Part shown: positions 1 through 13,784 of the stretch, piece after piece
Layout: each line of letters starts with the position of its first letter
Position numbering within the stretch: the stretch's first letter is position 1
Source of the DNA: Podarcis pityusensis
Lineage: Eukaryota
NCBI GenBank assembly: GCA_964106645.2
Contig: OZ067040.1
DNA length: 64,000 nucleotides
Direction: 5' to 3' (one strand)
Made by a program: the position numbers and the translations under genes
The notes under the pieces: generated by a model
The model's database searches: none
What the model saw: only the letters and a program-made list of their open reading frames with translations
What the model was told of the DNA's origin: nothing

Positions 1-1401
1 TTCTTGTGGAGGCCATGCCTCATAATATGAGGAAGTGACTGTGCCCTAAGGATACTTCCATATGGCAGTTGACTGCCGACTTGGTACTGCTCATGCACTC
101 AAGCTTTGTGCAGCATCCACGCAACCTCATCCTCATAACAATTCCACCCTGTATTATTTTCTCATTTAATTTCGAATTACCATTTATGCAGAAAATCCAA
201 TACATAACTAAATAACCCATAGTAACAGTAAAAGTATATTATATTGGGTGGGTGGAATATCAGGTGGCATTTTGAAGAGGACTTCTTATGGTCACTATGA
301 AAATGTTGCATGCATGAACAGCGCCGAGACAACAATAAATTGTTACGTGCAAGTAACCTTACCGGTGGATCAAAGTAACACCATTAGTTTGTAATTTACC
401 ACCCAGCATTCCATTTGCTTCTCTTCTTGCTTTTAATGCAACAGCTCCATTGAACATTAAAATATTGGAATGAAATTTGATACATCTGGGAAACAATTAT
501 GCATTTCAAGTTTAAATCTAGTGCCACCCCTTCAGCCATCACCAAATGCAAAGTGCAATGCCAAGCAGAATAATTCGATCAAATTAACCAAAACCAATGA
601 AGTCTGGATGTTGATGCAGATTAAGGGGAGGATTTCAGCTCCCCCATCTCCTGAGCCAGCTGCCAGCTACATGCTGTGATCCAGCAGCAAGGCCCAAGGA
701 AACTCCTCCCGCCTCGCTGCACGCTCCTTGGGTATAGGAACCTGACATGTGCACCAAGGCCCCATTGGCCAGTGTTCACCCCAATGCACCGGACAGGCCC
801 AAACACCACTCTGTCTCTGATATTAGTTGGATTTTCCGCCAAAATCCACTCATCAACCTGGAACAAATGCCAATTAGCCATATTCAGACAACAACCAAAA
901 GTGTGAAGCAGAAGAAAAAGATGTGACACAGGCCAATTAGTTTCTCCCCAAAAAATCCTTCTCAGTCCCCTCAATGAGAAGAGGGAAGAGTGCAGGGTGG
1001 AACTGGCTTAAATTGCTGGATCTCCACTTTTCCCCTACAGGGAAAATCACCCCATTTGGTTGCCCACGTTACCCCTGCAGCAGAGTCCATCTCTCCTCTT
1101 CTTGCAGGGGTGGAGGGTGTGGCAAATGCTTCCCCCCTCACAGACACAGGGAAGGAACAGAATTCCAAGGGAGCCATACAGTCCACTTTGAAGAATGCAA
1201 CATAGAATGCTTGGTGCATGCTTAGAAAACTATTATATATTTCATGTTTGAAGACCAGCTCATGCTCAAAAAAGGTTGCGTGGAAGAGTGCAAAACAGAT
1301 TGTAATCCATCATCTAAAGTGAATCCCTTTAATCACTCATTTTTATCAGCTGGAATTAGACAAAAGACTGCTTCTAAGTACAGAGACAAATGTAACATAA
1401 C

Positions 1402-1547
1402 TAGAGTTGCCATATTTTGAAGAACGAAAAAGAGGACACATTTGCCAAATTCTACTTTTAACTCTGGATCGTTATAACGACTCTCATTTTACATACCAGT
1501 GAAAAAAGAGGATGTGCCCTGGAAAAAGAAGACATATGGCTACCCTA
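1402..1547. mobile_element. hAT MITE (TAGGGTTGCCATA-type TIR)
   Basis: TAGAGTTGCCATA...TATGGCTACCCTA; 8-bp TSD AACATAAC/AACACAAC. Confidence 0.8.
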
Positions 1548-1567
1548 AACACAACATACATTCTCAC

Positions 1568-1768
1568 CTGACACCATTTCACCTCCGTAGCCCTGCTTGA
1601 CAAGTGAGAAGACGGTCTTTTGCTGGTGTGCACAGTCAATGCATGCCTGAACTGCCTGCTGTAGCACCATCGAAGGCCGCTCAGGTCCAAAGTGGTCTGG
1701 AAGTTGCAGCACTTTCTTTCGTTCAAGGTATGGCCCCACATTTGCTTGCTTGTTGACATAAATGCAGA
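1568..1768 (-). CDS. SCML4: SCML4 coding exon, start of the SLED (DUF3588) domain (VCIYVNKQANVGPYLERKKVLQLPDHFGPERPSMVLQQAVQACIDCAHQQKTVFSLVKQGYGGEMVS)
   Basis: 201-bp exon, acceptor ccttttgtttag, donor CAG|gtgaga, phase 1/1. Translation is typical of the Scm/SCML SLED domain. Remaining exons lie beyond position 1. Confidence 0.96.
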
Positions 1769-1796
1769 CTAAACAAAAGGAGAAAGATGTCACTGT

Positions 1797-1831
<35 letters not shown>

Positions 1832-1832
1832 C
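1797..1832. repeat. (AAC)12 microsatellite
   Basis: Direct read. Confidence 0.98.
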
Positions 1833-4800
1833 GTGTGAAGACCCCCAAAACCACCCCCAAATGAAGACACAATAGACACAGATTTTAGTTTAAGGTTTTT
1901 GGCATTAAATTTTGGCTACAACTTTATTGATTACAGCATGTGAGTGGTTGCTTGGGTATTGGTTCCAGACTACCTGAACCTGCACGGTGGCAGGAACAGG
2001 ACTGACACTGGGCGCCACCAGATATCAGTAAGGGAAAGCATCCTGGGAGAGTGAGAACTCCTTCGATCTTACAGCTCACCCCAGATGCTCCCAGGGGCTC
2101 TGGCATGGCCTTAGCCCCTTGACAGGGTTCAGACAAAAGCAAGGCAAGCCCCTGGATTTCTTTAAGCCCCTGGATTCCCTAGCAGCAGCAATTGAGGGGC
2201 AGGCACAGCCAACCAAAACATTGAACCAAATGCCTAACCACCAACCTTACAAAGTTGTGACGATTTGCTACACAGTATGCAAAAACCAAGTGGCACCAAC
2301 CAATCAGCCAAATGGCAAAATTCCTACCGGGCCCCTGCTCCAAAACAGATGACCCCTAGACAGGGATAGCAAGGCCATAAGAACAACCCTACATATAGGG
2401 AGAGGAGGGCGGGTGATCCACTGCACGTTGCAAGAAAGTGAAACTCTCCAGCGATGTGCAGCAGCTTAAGTAGCCCCTCAGCAGCCAATACCCAACCCAA
2501 CTGACCAAATTTCTGCCCCAGCAACAGAGGGGCAACCAATGGAGTGTTGTGGCCATCCAAATGGTCCTGCCCCACAACAGGGAGGCAGTTTCTGATGATC
2601 TCACCACAACACGTGCCCTCCATGATGGAGGACCTGACTAATAATAATTTTATTATTTGTGCCCTGTCCATCTGACTGGGTTGCCCTAGCCACTCTGGGT
2701 GGCTTCCACTAGTTGTCCCAGGAAAAAAAACCTATAAGAAAATGAAACATATTTTTGGTCTGGCAGCACTGATTTGAGCAAAGGCAAACAGCTTTTGAAT
2801 TGCCATTTTATCTGCTTCTAATAATAGGACAAGATAGTGGTTTGGAACCAGGGCTAGCTCGGGTTTGAGACGCCCCCTTCTTGTGGGGGCTCCCATTGCA
2901 CTTACCTTCTGGTAGTAATATTTTATATCTCTGGTAGGTGATTGCTAGCTGCCCAGCACTTTACCCACAGTACTATTGACATAGTGTTGTTCTGAGACAC
3001 TGTAGGGAATTAAAATAGCAGGTGGGTCACAGAACCAGCTTTATGGGAGAGGGGAGAGGCTGGTTTAGAGGTTGGTCCTTCTTGGGCATGGGACCCCCCT
3101 CCAGCTGCGTAAGATGCTAGGTGCTGACTATAAAGACCATGAGGCACCCTATGTACACCTGTGGTGCTTCACTCCCAGGTTTGTATTTTAGACAGAAGTT
3201 TTATGTATTAAAAGGTACACATTTAGAACAATCAGTACAGAATGCATTACAAGTAATTGTGACATTTGTTCAACCTTTTTTTGAAAACAAAAAAACAAAC
3301 AAATGTTTTTAAGAGTTTTAATCTTCCTGCAACACTGAACTTTAATCCACAGGAGTGAATGCCAAGTGTTCATTTACAGGAGAAAATAAAGTGGCAAAGA
3401 AACCATTGAAGGGGAGGGCTAAGCATATTTCCTGCTGAACTCCAGGGACCCCCCAACTATTGAGAATTAAGCCTAACAGTATTTGTGTAACCCTATCCTG
3501 GATAATTTCAGTGATAATTTCAGTATATTTAATGTTTGCTCCCAATGTCTGTGCAGAAGTTGTTTCAAGGCTAATTTTAAAGTTTACATTCTCAAGAAAG
3601 AAGAGTTTGCACAGTTCTGCATGGCAGATTTCTCTGAAATCCATAAATCCACTTTTTAAAAAATCTCTTATCTGAGAGTGAAGGAAACAGAAATTGACCT
3701 AAGCTGTGTTCTGAGAAGAGATAGCAAACCGTAAGGAATTAATTAACAGGCTGAAGGTTCAGTGTGCACTATATTTCATCATGATATCCGCTGTTCACTG
3801 GACATATAATTCAGACTGCAGTGCTAAACCCTCTTTCCTGGGAATAAGCCCCTCTGAACCCGTTACTAAGTAGGCATAGGACTGTGTTGTAAGGCAAGCA
3901 TTTGAAATGGGGAGAAATTAATGCAGTGGTCTACAGATAAGAATATGGTTAGAGAATACTGCCATTTGCACAATACAAAACTGAATTTATTGATGAAAGG
4001 CCGTTTACTAATAAAAGAAGTTTATTTGGTGTTTTTTTAACTTACTTGAAAAGTCATATTTCATGTTCTGGTAGTGGTACACCTCATTCCTAGTATATGA
4101 GAAATCTTCTTGTAAGAAAGCACAAAAGCTTTCTCCTATAAAGTGCTTTAAGGATATAGGCAATATTCAATGATGTTCTCCAGCTTGCACACAGTTAACC
4201 TTCAGTTTCCCTCCCCCCAGCTCCCCTCCCTATGTGACCTCAATATCTTCTCTGGAGGATGCCCTGCACCAATGTTTTGGGGCATGCAGGGAGCAGAACG
4301 GAAAGCCCAACGGCGTAAGTGCAAACCTCAAACTATATTGCATCTCATCCTACGGGTCTGTACTTTTAAGAGGTTTAATTTGTGGTGTGTTGCAATTATA
4401 TTATTTTATTGTCGCTTGTGATTTATTGAATTAGGTATGTAAGCCACCTTGAGAGGACATTGTTGAATAAAGCAGCCCAAAAACCTTTTAGTTAGTTAAT
4501 TAGTTAATTAAGAGGCCACTAAAATGAACTACTCAGGAAAAAGAAAACCAATCTTTGATACTTATGCTGAAATCTATCAACATATATTTTATCTCTTTTC
4601 CTTGTACTTAAATGTTCAATAGAGGACAATGTTGAGGCTAAAAGGACAACCCAGCTTTTACATATTGTTGCACGGATTAATAACATGGTTTATAAGACGA
4701 TTAGGCCTCTGTAGCATGAGAATCCCTGTTAACATTTTACATACCGGAACCTTCCTGTTTTAAGGGGTAGCAGAGGTTCCAGTCTTTCTGGCATGCGTGC

Positions 4801-5922
4801 TTATTTTATAGGATTGTGTGAGTCAGCCTAAAGTAAGACACATTGTTATTGCTGGCTGCAAGCGTGCTAGAGTTGTCATCTTTCAGAACATATAGCATTA
4901 CCCTGTGACAGAAATCAGATAGGTGACAAAAGAAATTATAACAGAGCGAAGGACGTGGATGATGGCTGAGCAGTGTTGGGGATAATATACAGTTAGTATC
5001 ACACCATAATGAAAATCTAGTGCTTGAAGTGTTAACAGCCACTCAGGCTGAACAATAAAAAGACTCAAAGCAATCTATTCTGGGTAAATAGGACTATAAT
5101 GGCAATAATAGTTAGCATTACATAGCACTTCAAGCCATCAAAAGGCCATACAAACAAACAGGAGAAACCATTACAAGCACGAACGAAGGACATGAACTGC
5201 ATTACGGAGATCTGATGACAGATTTATTAATACAAAACAGCACAGATTTTTGCTTCCTACCGATGAGTGACACAGTGTTTCTTAAGGCAGAGCTGGGGTG
5301 TGCTTTGTTTATGTGTGTGCAGTTGATTTTCTATCACGTACAGACATGGTAGCCGGAAACAAAATTGAGAATATAAAGAGAATGAAGAAGAAATCTGGAT
5401 AGATCTCCAGCAAACAACTGATAACTTGTCTTTGGAGTTCAAATATTTGCTTTACTTAAACAAGAATCACTGATGAACAGTACAGCTCAAAACATGTATA
5501 GGATAGTGGGTTTTTAAAGTTCAATAAAATAGTTTTGATGGAGGGGGGGTTGTATCCTTATCATACCTAAACTGAGTATTTTGCATGCACTTTATCCTAA
5601 TATGTACATTTTTAGAATCAATTTTCCCCAATCGAATGCATCTTTGTATGTTATTTTCACCAAAATGCATATTTTTGTGCACGTTTTCCCCTAATACCAC
5701 ACATTATGGTACATTATTTTGATTGAAGCACTGCAGCACAGAATTTGCAGAGGTGCAAATTGAGAACACAGCCACCTTTTAGTTCACATATTATATTGGA
5801 AAGTGAAGTGAATTGAATCCCCCTCTATTCCCTGAGATCTGGTTGAAGAGCAGGTTAGAAATCCTTTAAATAAATCCATAAATGAATACTCCTTTTCTGA
5901 TGGACTGTTTCGTTTCACATAC

Positions 5923-6052
5923 CTGTGAGGGCTTGTGGGGCCGCTGAGTTGGGGATTGTAGCTGCATCCTGAGGGATTGAGCTAATATCAGGTTCCGGGG
6001 TGCTTCTTGGTGGGGAAATCGCTAAAGGAGTCATTAGAACACGAGATTTCAG
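5923..6052 (-). CDS. SCML4: SCML4 coding exon (LKSRVLMTPLAISPPRSTPEPDISSIPQDAATIPNSAAPQALT)
   Basis: 130-bp exon that is not in the ORF track. Acceptor tctgtcttccag, donor CAG|gtatgt. Phase 0 in and phase 1 out fit both neighbours, and the translation matches the SCML4 STPEPD...PQDAAT segment. Confidence 0.95.
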
Positions 6053-8013
6053 CTGGAAGACAGAACCAATTTGGGTAATGAAAACACATGCAGAATCTGT
6101 TTTATTATACTACATATTGGAGCTCTTTAAACTCCCACACTACAGCAAATTACCACAGTATCACATTCATTCTTAGACACATTAATGCTTTCAAGGAATA
6201 CAGGGAATGGAACTAAAATGTTAACGCAAGTGAAGTTGCAAAAAACAAAATATTATGCAATTCAAGGCATAGTTATTTACATCTTAGGAAAGGACTATCA
6301 AAGTATTGCTTATTTTTTAAAAAATAACTTTTTCAATGCAGATGTAAAAAAAAATTCAATGCAGATGTAAAAATTTCTTACATAAAGTGCAATGCTGGAA
6401 TGTTAGACCACAGAGACTACTTGAAAATTGCTGGTGGTTGTAGCAGACCACTTAATTATTTTTCTGCCCGCATTAGCAATTGTATTGCACTGTGAAAGAT
6501 GCTGTATTATTTTTAATTGTATTTTTTGCTTCTTTTGCTTCTTATATTGTATTTATTGTATTACAATTTGCATTCTATAGATTTTGAAGTTTGCTACAAT
6601 AAAATCCAATATAAGAAATAAAAATACTGTTAAAAATCAATGTGAATATTTAATGCAGACATGCCATGGACCATCTGAATGAAACTTGCAGACCACGTGG
6701 TTTATGGACCAGAGCTTGGGAACCCTTGACATAAAGTTGTCATTTACAATTTGGCCCTTAACTGCACACGTGTAACTCTCTTGCAGTTGTTGGTTTGTTT
6801 GTTACCCACCCTTTGTTTGTTACCCACCCACCTTGAGTGGGTTACAACATTAAAACACAATATTTAAAACCGTTTACTGATTTAATCACAAAAATATACA
6901 CCTCAAGTGTGAAAGCCATTTTTTATTTTGCTTTAATAAAAATGTATCCATATTTGCACCATATTAGCCCCATGCCGAAGGGAACCCTTAGGTAATGCAG
7001 TCATTGCACAACAAGCAGAGATTTAGACCCCCATCCAGTGTTTGGCATGTGTGTGTTTTAAAAATCTGACAAATCAGATTTGTCAGACAGAAGGGCATAA
7101 GGCTTCGTTAGTGTGAACTGATTATCCTTCCCTAGACACTTAAATCATGAATTATTTTTCTAAATTGTTGCATTTTGGACTGGCCCTTGTACTGCCAGAC
7201 TTACATGAAAAAGATAAATATTCCATTCTGCAAAAGAAAGGCATCCTGTTCGGCTTGTCCCTTAATGACATGGATTTTATGTGTAAGCTTCTCCGCAATG
7301 GTGATGTCCCAGAATTTGGGACCACAGTAGGTCTAATTTACAATGGCTGCTTGCTTAAGCAGAGGACACTTTCTCTTGCGCCAGGAGACAGCTCCTGATT
7401 TTTGCTAATTCCCCACTCCAGCTTTACCCGCATGCTACAGCCAACAGCATTTCCAGGGATCCCCACAGGAAAATACAACAGAAAGGAAGACATGGGAAAT
7501 TCTGTTTTATGAGCCCTCCTTGTTCTTAGGAATCAACGTATAATCCTACCTGTTATGTTTAGAGACATAGACGAGCCAGAGTATCTGTAACTATAATAGG
7601 ATCATGCCAGCATTGATAGTAAAAGCGAATGCTTGTGTTATCAAATGTCATTATTGCCTAGTTCCCATGAGATGTTTGATCTCCCAACTATGCTGTGGGT
7701 TCATACCTACATCACAATGTTGATGTAGCATTCTGCACCATTTCTGAGAACGAACCTTACATTCCGGCTAGTAATTGGTTTCCCTCCATTTATTGCAAAT
7801 GACAAAATAAAAGATGCTGTAGAACAAATGCACGCACAAATGTAGGTTTGCTGGGAAATTTCAGATCCATTAGGTTTTAAACGAAATGTTTGCTATTCAG
7901 CAGCTATCTCATGCATCGCTCAGGGTGTGAAAAGAAGGGGAGTCCCTACATTGTACTGAAAGCAGAGAACAACAAATAATAAAATCAACTCAGAATATCT
8001 GAAAGGGCTCGGG

Positions 8014-8039
<26 letters not shown>
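8014..8039. repeat. (GT)n microsatellite
   Basis: Direct read. Confidence 0.97.
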
Positions 8040-8044
<5 letters not shown>

Positions 8045-9540
8045 AGAATGCAAATACAAAGCATTGGGTCTGCTACAGATCAGAATCAAACCCCAAAAAA
8101 GAAAGGTTAGGAGAGCTGCAAAAGAACCATAGAAGCAACTACCTACTTACCGCATCCAATTATATTTTTTATCATTTATTAAATTTGTTAGTCAGTTTAT
8201 TTTGCCCAAGGCAAATCAAAGCGACTTCCAGCAAACAAAACAAAACCGTCCATAAATACATTAAAACCAAGGGTGCAGGACATTGAAAACATCCTGCCCA
8301 CTTCTAAAAGGCCACAGGCTTGGTTATAGAGGAAAGTTTTGCCTGGTGCCTAAATATATGTAATGATGACACCAGGCAAGAGTATTCCACAAATGGGGAG
8401 TCCCCACAGAAAAGGCCCGTTCTTGTGTTTTTGCCCTCTAGACCTCTCACAAAGAAGGGCCTCAGATGATGGTTGCAAGTCTGGATTGGTTCATATGGCA
8501 AACTTTTAGGGTTTTAGGGAACCAATGAGCCATGGGGTGATCTACATACATAAAAATTATCCCAGACTATGACATTTCCCCTACAATTCCAGCCTTAGCT
8601 CAAACAGTGAATCTGTAGCAGGCACAAAGGGATATTCCCTTCCCTTTCTTTCTCTTTAAGAAACAGAACAGTGGAGAGGAGCTCCAGGGAGAGGAGAGGA
8701 GAAACAGAACAGTGATCTAGTTTGGACAGGGACTGGCAGTGTAGATAGGTCCACTGCTTCTTTGCCCTAATAGTATGTCTCCGACTGTGTCATTTCTAAT
8801 CTAAGAAGGACCAATCCATCCTTTAAGAGTGGTCTTATAAACTAGACACCTTGAGCGCACTTCTAAGCACAAAGCCAGGGCTACTGTCAAACACTTATGC
8901 AGAAAGCTAAATACTGTATTTCATCTTATTTCCCCCATCACTTTCCTGTCACTGCCTGACAACAAAATTTATGCCCCTATTTATTACCCATTAAAAAGTA
9001 ATATGACAACAGATAATATGAAAAGGTACATTTTAAAAGTCAGTTGACTGAAATCTACATTTTCAAAAGCATTTCTCCTGCCCTTTCAAATGCCATTCCT
9101 GGCACAGCATGTAAAGACCGCAATGAATTTATTGGAATAGAAATATTCCACTTAGCTGAAACTTGTGTGCTTAAAGTGGGTACAGGTATAGACATATCAT
9201 ACTGAAATGAAAGTTCCTGTAAATATATTTCACCACACCTTCACAGGGGCCAACAGCAATACTGGGGCGAGAGGGGGGGAGAGAGATGCATATGTATTTA
9301 AATATCTCTCATCTTTACCATAAGAGCTACAAGATAGTTTTGTAATCAATAGATAAGGAGAACATGAAATGTGTTTAGCAAAGGGCACTTTGACTCACTT
9401 GGGGGTTGTAGTCCAAAACATCTAAGGTTGGGAGAGACTGGTCTAGTGTTTGACAGATGTTTAGGCTAAAAAATGGACCATCTGCTAACTAGAAAGCAGA
9501 GTGAATGGCAACAGTTAAAAGTAGAAATGGAGGGCGATAA

Positions 9541-9767
9541 CAGGGCTGGCATATGTCTGGAATTTCCAGGACATAGCCAGGATTCATCCGTCAAAACTGG
9601 CATCCAGGCGGAATTTTTAGCAATCGGTTAAAATGTCGGGGAAAACCTGGGTGTATGGCAGCCAATATCAGAAGTGTTGATTTTTTGGGCAAATTCCCCC
9701 CAAAATAGCTGAAAAACTTCATTTTGTGTGTGTCCTGATTTTTACTTTTTGAAATATGGCAACCCTA
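9541..9767. mobile_element. hAT MITE (TAGGGTTGCCATA-type TIR)
   Basis: CAGGGCTGGCATA...TATGGCAACCCTA; TSD only partly recognisable. Confidence 0.7.
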
Positions 9768-10264
9768 CGCTAACCTCCTATGGTGCATGCACATAGCATT
9801 CCTTTTGATTCACTAAATCAATACAGCAGAAAGTGGAATGAGTTTTGTTTTTGTATTTATTATTGATTTATTGATTGCTTTCTATACAATTCTCTAGGGT
9901 GATGTACAATTTTAAAAAGGAGGAAATAGTTTAAATACTGTTTAAAATGCCACAAGCAAAACCCAGATACATTTAAAACTACAACTATACAAAATAGACA
10001 CACATGGGGCAAGGAGCCATTTATCTAGCTGGAAAAGCCCATTGGAACCAAAATGTCTCCAGTTCCTTCCAGAAAGTGCAGGTAGTGGGCACCTGTCATG
10101 TATCAACAGGAACACTAAAAGTCTGCAGAGTAGGCATCTGAAATCTTTGGAACTTTGGAACTCTAGACTGTTATATATTGCATGAGTTTGGAGTATTAAT
10201 GTATTTGGATGACTTTGTATGATTTTATTGTTTAAACTTATGCCAATAAAGGCTAATAACAATA

Positions 10265-10530
10265 ACAACTTGCAGGAGAAACTCTCCTGCAAACTGCAGC
10301 AACCTACTAGGTGCATAAGGGATGAAGTGGTCTCTCAAGTAACCTGATCCTGAGTGGTACAGGGCCTTATATGTTATACTACCACCTTGAACTTGGTCTG
10401 GTAGCAGAATGGCAGCCAGGGCAAATCCTGACAGTAGGGTGTTGCATACTGACGGGAGTCTGCCACCTTGAGCAACTGGTCCGCCACATTCTGCACTGCC
10501 AAATGAACCCCCAAGTTAGCCCCACATAGA
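10265..10530 (-). mobile_element. L2 LINE ORF2 3' fragment
   Basis: VQNVADQLL...TP...LPWLPFCYQTKFKVVV resembles the L2 motif QNAAARLL...LHWLP....FK. Confidence 0.7.
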
Positions 10531-12039
10531 ACACTTGTTCTTACCACAAATGATAGTACTTCCTTCAAACTACGTAACTTCAACTCTTTAGGCTAGGGAG
10601 AACTATAAAGTCTCCATGTTGAAGTTACTATTATCTGTAATCTCATCCCCAGACAAATACTTTGTAAAGAATGAGGTGATTGTTCAGTCAACAAAAATTG
10701 TTTTATAAATTCATTAGCATTTTGGTGTACATTTCTCTTAATATGCACATTTTTTTATGTAAATTTGACTAAATATAATGCAGTTTGTGTTATTTTCACT
10801 ATGTATTTTCATGTACACTTTCTCTCATTCCTTGTGCTCCACCTTGGCCACTGAGATCTTCTCATGGGGCACTTTTGGTGGTCCTCCATACCTCTGAGAT
10901 TTGTTTGGCTTTTATGAGAAACTAAGTCATCAGGGGGGCAGGTCCTGCCCTGTGGAACTCCTTGCCAACAGAAGTTCAGTGGGAGTCATTCTTGCTTTCT
11001 TCTCAATGTCTTTTCAAAACTGCATTGTTCGGACTGGCCTGTGGAAATCTTCTACCAGCCAATTTTTATTTATATGTTATTGATTGTTTTTACTGGTGTT
11101 ACTGTAAGGTTGTGTTTTTGAGTTGAACCCAGATTTTTTATACCTTATATGAAAGTGTGATGTATAAATATTTAAGTGAATAAAATAAAAACAAGATATG
11201 CATGTTAATACACATTTTTTGGTTGGAGCACCGCCTTGTGAAATTCTGGTGGATAGCTATGTTTTGGTTCATTTATTGTTTCAGAAAGTGCAAATAGGGG
11301 AGGTTTGCCTTTAAATGCAATCTGAATGGAATTGCTACCTCACCCTTCCACAGCACAGATCCAGTGTAAGGGCTCTGCCTTCTGCCTAAGGCTTCTGTAT
11401 CTCTTGAGCTCAGGAATGATTTGAGAAACCTGTGCATCTCTGCTTTCTGCGTAATAAAAATATATTTCTGTAATAAAGACATGAGTATACAAAGCTGTGG
11501 AAAAACCTATCCGGTGTAAAGAGACTTTTCAAGAAGACAATCAAAAGCAATGGAGGAGAAAATTGCATGTTACAAGTTCTAATTTGGATCTGACGAAGAC
11601 TTCACGGAACACAATAAATCAGTAAGTGAAATGATCCCTTTGTCTGAGAAAATGGAGATCACCGGATATAAGTAATGTCCTTTTGCATGCTCCCTCCTAC
11701 CTCTCAAATACTTTTTTTTAAAAATCAAGCAGGAATAACTAAACAACTATTTTCACTCTGTTATGTTTTCTCCCTCCATCAATGGACATAAAGAAGAACC
11801 TATAAGGATCCCTTTGGACATGAAAATGTACCTGTAGGCCACTTGAGAACTTATGCTGCTGCAACTTGTTACATGGGATTTCAGGCTCATTGTCATTTTA
11901 AGCAAGACTTTAGTCACCCCTTTGGGGATTGGCCCAGTGACAGAACCCTGCCACCTCACACCATGCCCATACAAAATAGATGGTTCTTGAGATCTGGGAG
12001 CCCTCAAGTCATTAGCACCAATAGTCTCTGCAGCTACAT

Positions 12040-12234
12040 GGGACACGGGTGGTGATGTGGTCTAAACCACCAAGCCTCTTGGGCTTGCTGATCACAAGGT
12101 TGGCAATTTGAATCCGAACAACGGGGTGAGCTCCCATTGCTCTGTCCCAGCTTCTGCCAACCTAGCGGTTCAAAAGCTTATCAAAGCAAGTAGATAAATA
12201 GCTACTTAATCCTCCAGGGGTGATTTACCTTTAC
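12040..12234 (+). mobile_element. Sauria SINE (Squam1), internally deleted
   Basis: tRNA-related head GGGACACGGGTGG...AAGGTTGGC...GAATCC...GGGGTGAGCTCCC, body ...GCAAGTAGATAAATAG, tail TTTACCTTTAC. TSD CTGCAGCTACA/CTGCAGCCACA. Confidence 0.85.
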
Positions 12235-12964
12235 CTGCAGCCACACAGTTCTTAACACTGTCCCAACTTTCTGTTGCAGCAAGGTGGAAAGGCCTTTAAG
12301 CAAAATTCAACCAGCCGGCAGGTGGCTGCAGGTGGGAGGAGACAATGGGAACCTTTACTGCCATGAAGTTTAAGTTATTACAGGACCCAAACTTCATTGT
12401 CTCAGCTGCTCTCTTACATGTCCTTTATTACTCTGGTTTGTTCCAACCAATATCCTAACACTTCATGTCTCAGCTGTTCTCAGTCACTCACAGAGTCTGC
12501 CAAGCTACTTTGTCACTGCCACAATGGAAGTGACAGCTACCCATAAAAAGCAATAGAGAAATCCAAGATTCTAGCACAGCTGTGATTGGATAGAAGTGTC
12601 TGCTCCTGTCAAACAGATAGGAGTTTCTCTTGGTGTTCAGCCTGGAAGCTCCCTCTCCAGACAGAGATGAGGTGCTCCAAAATGTTCTTACCTTTATGCT
12701 CCCAACCTCAAAGGTCCTGGTCCTTATCAGCCAATGTTTGGGTAGTATTATCCTTACTTCTTTTTAAATTTGAAAAAAAAAATAAGGATATCCCATGATA
12801 TCCTTAAGGAATCCCTTAGTCATGTAGAACCCACACTTATTTTGGGGTGGCTCCATACAGCCCCAAAGCACAGAGGCACTTTACTGCAACTCTAGATGGA
12901 AAGTTATTATGCTAGAATCCGAAGAATCATTCCATGAAACACAGCTACTAAGCAAAACGATAGG

Positions 12965-13130
12965 AGCTTATGTGGGAGTATCAAAATGTTCCAAGTTCAA
13001 TCCTAACATCTTCAGGTAAGACTGGGAGAGACTCTAGCCTGAAACCCTTTAGATCTGCTGCCATTGGTGCAGACAATACCAAGCTTGATGGATCAATGGT
13101 CAGACTCAGTATGATTTGCTATGTTCCTAG
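12965..13130 (+). mobile_element. tRNA-derived squamate SINE with CR1-like tail (Squam2-like), degraded
   Basis: GTTCAATCC B-box remnant, CTGGGAGAGACTC...CTGAAACCC, GACAATAC..AGCT.GATGGA.CAATGGTC.GACTCAGTAT, tail CTATGTTCCTA. Confidence 0.7.
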
Positions 13131-13382
13131 AAACAAGGCTTCATAAATATGATGGATATTTTATGCCAGGGATGGGCAACCTGTAGCTCTCCAGATGTTG
13201 TTGGACTCCAACTCCCACCATCACCTTGACCAAAAGCCACACTGGCTGTGGCTGATGGGAGTTGAAGTGCAACAACATTAGAGTGAGTGGGGGACTTGAG
13301 ACAGGCATTGTGGCCCTATGATAAGGATCACAGGTATAATACATATAAGCACTGTGAACTGAATCACACAGATCTGGTGGTC

Positions 13383-13784
13383 GTTGTTGTTGTTGTTGTT
13401 TAGTCGTTTAGTCATGTCCGACTCTTCGTGACCCCATGGACCAGAGCACGCCAGGCACCCCTGTCTTCCACAGCCTCCCGCAGTTTGGTCAAACTCATGC
13501 TGGTAGCTTCGAGAACACTGTCCAACCATCTCGTCCTCTGTCGTCCCCTTCTCCTTGGGCCCTCCATCTTTCCCAACATCAGGGTCTTTTCCGGGGAGTC
13601 TTCTCGTCTCATGAGGTGGCCAAAGTATTGGAGCCTCAGCTTCACAATCTGTCCTTCCAGTGAGCACTCAGGGCTGACTTCCTTAAGAGTGGATAGGTTT
13701 GATCTTCTTGCAGTCCATGGGACTCTCAAGAGTCTCCTCCAGCACCATAATTCAAAAGCATCAACTTTCTTTATGGTCTTTCTT
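13383..13784 (-). mobile_element. 5'-truncated RTE-BovB LINE (3' end of the ORF plus (CAA)n tail)
   Basis: ORF 13412-13729 (RVPWTARRSN...YFGHLMRREDS.EKTLMLGK.EG.RRRGRQR.RWLD...WRALVHGVTKSRT) is the BovB C-terminus. (CAA)n tail; 10-bp TSD TCTGGTGGTC at 13373-13382 and 13785-13794. Confidence 0.95.

Noticed and set aside
11590-11615. CTGACGA hammerhead-like core
   Set aside because: No stem II followed by GAAA and no stem I pairing.
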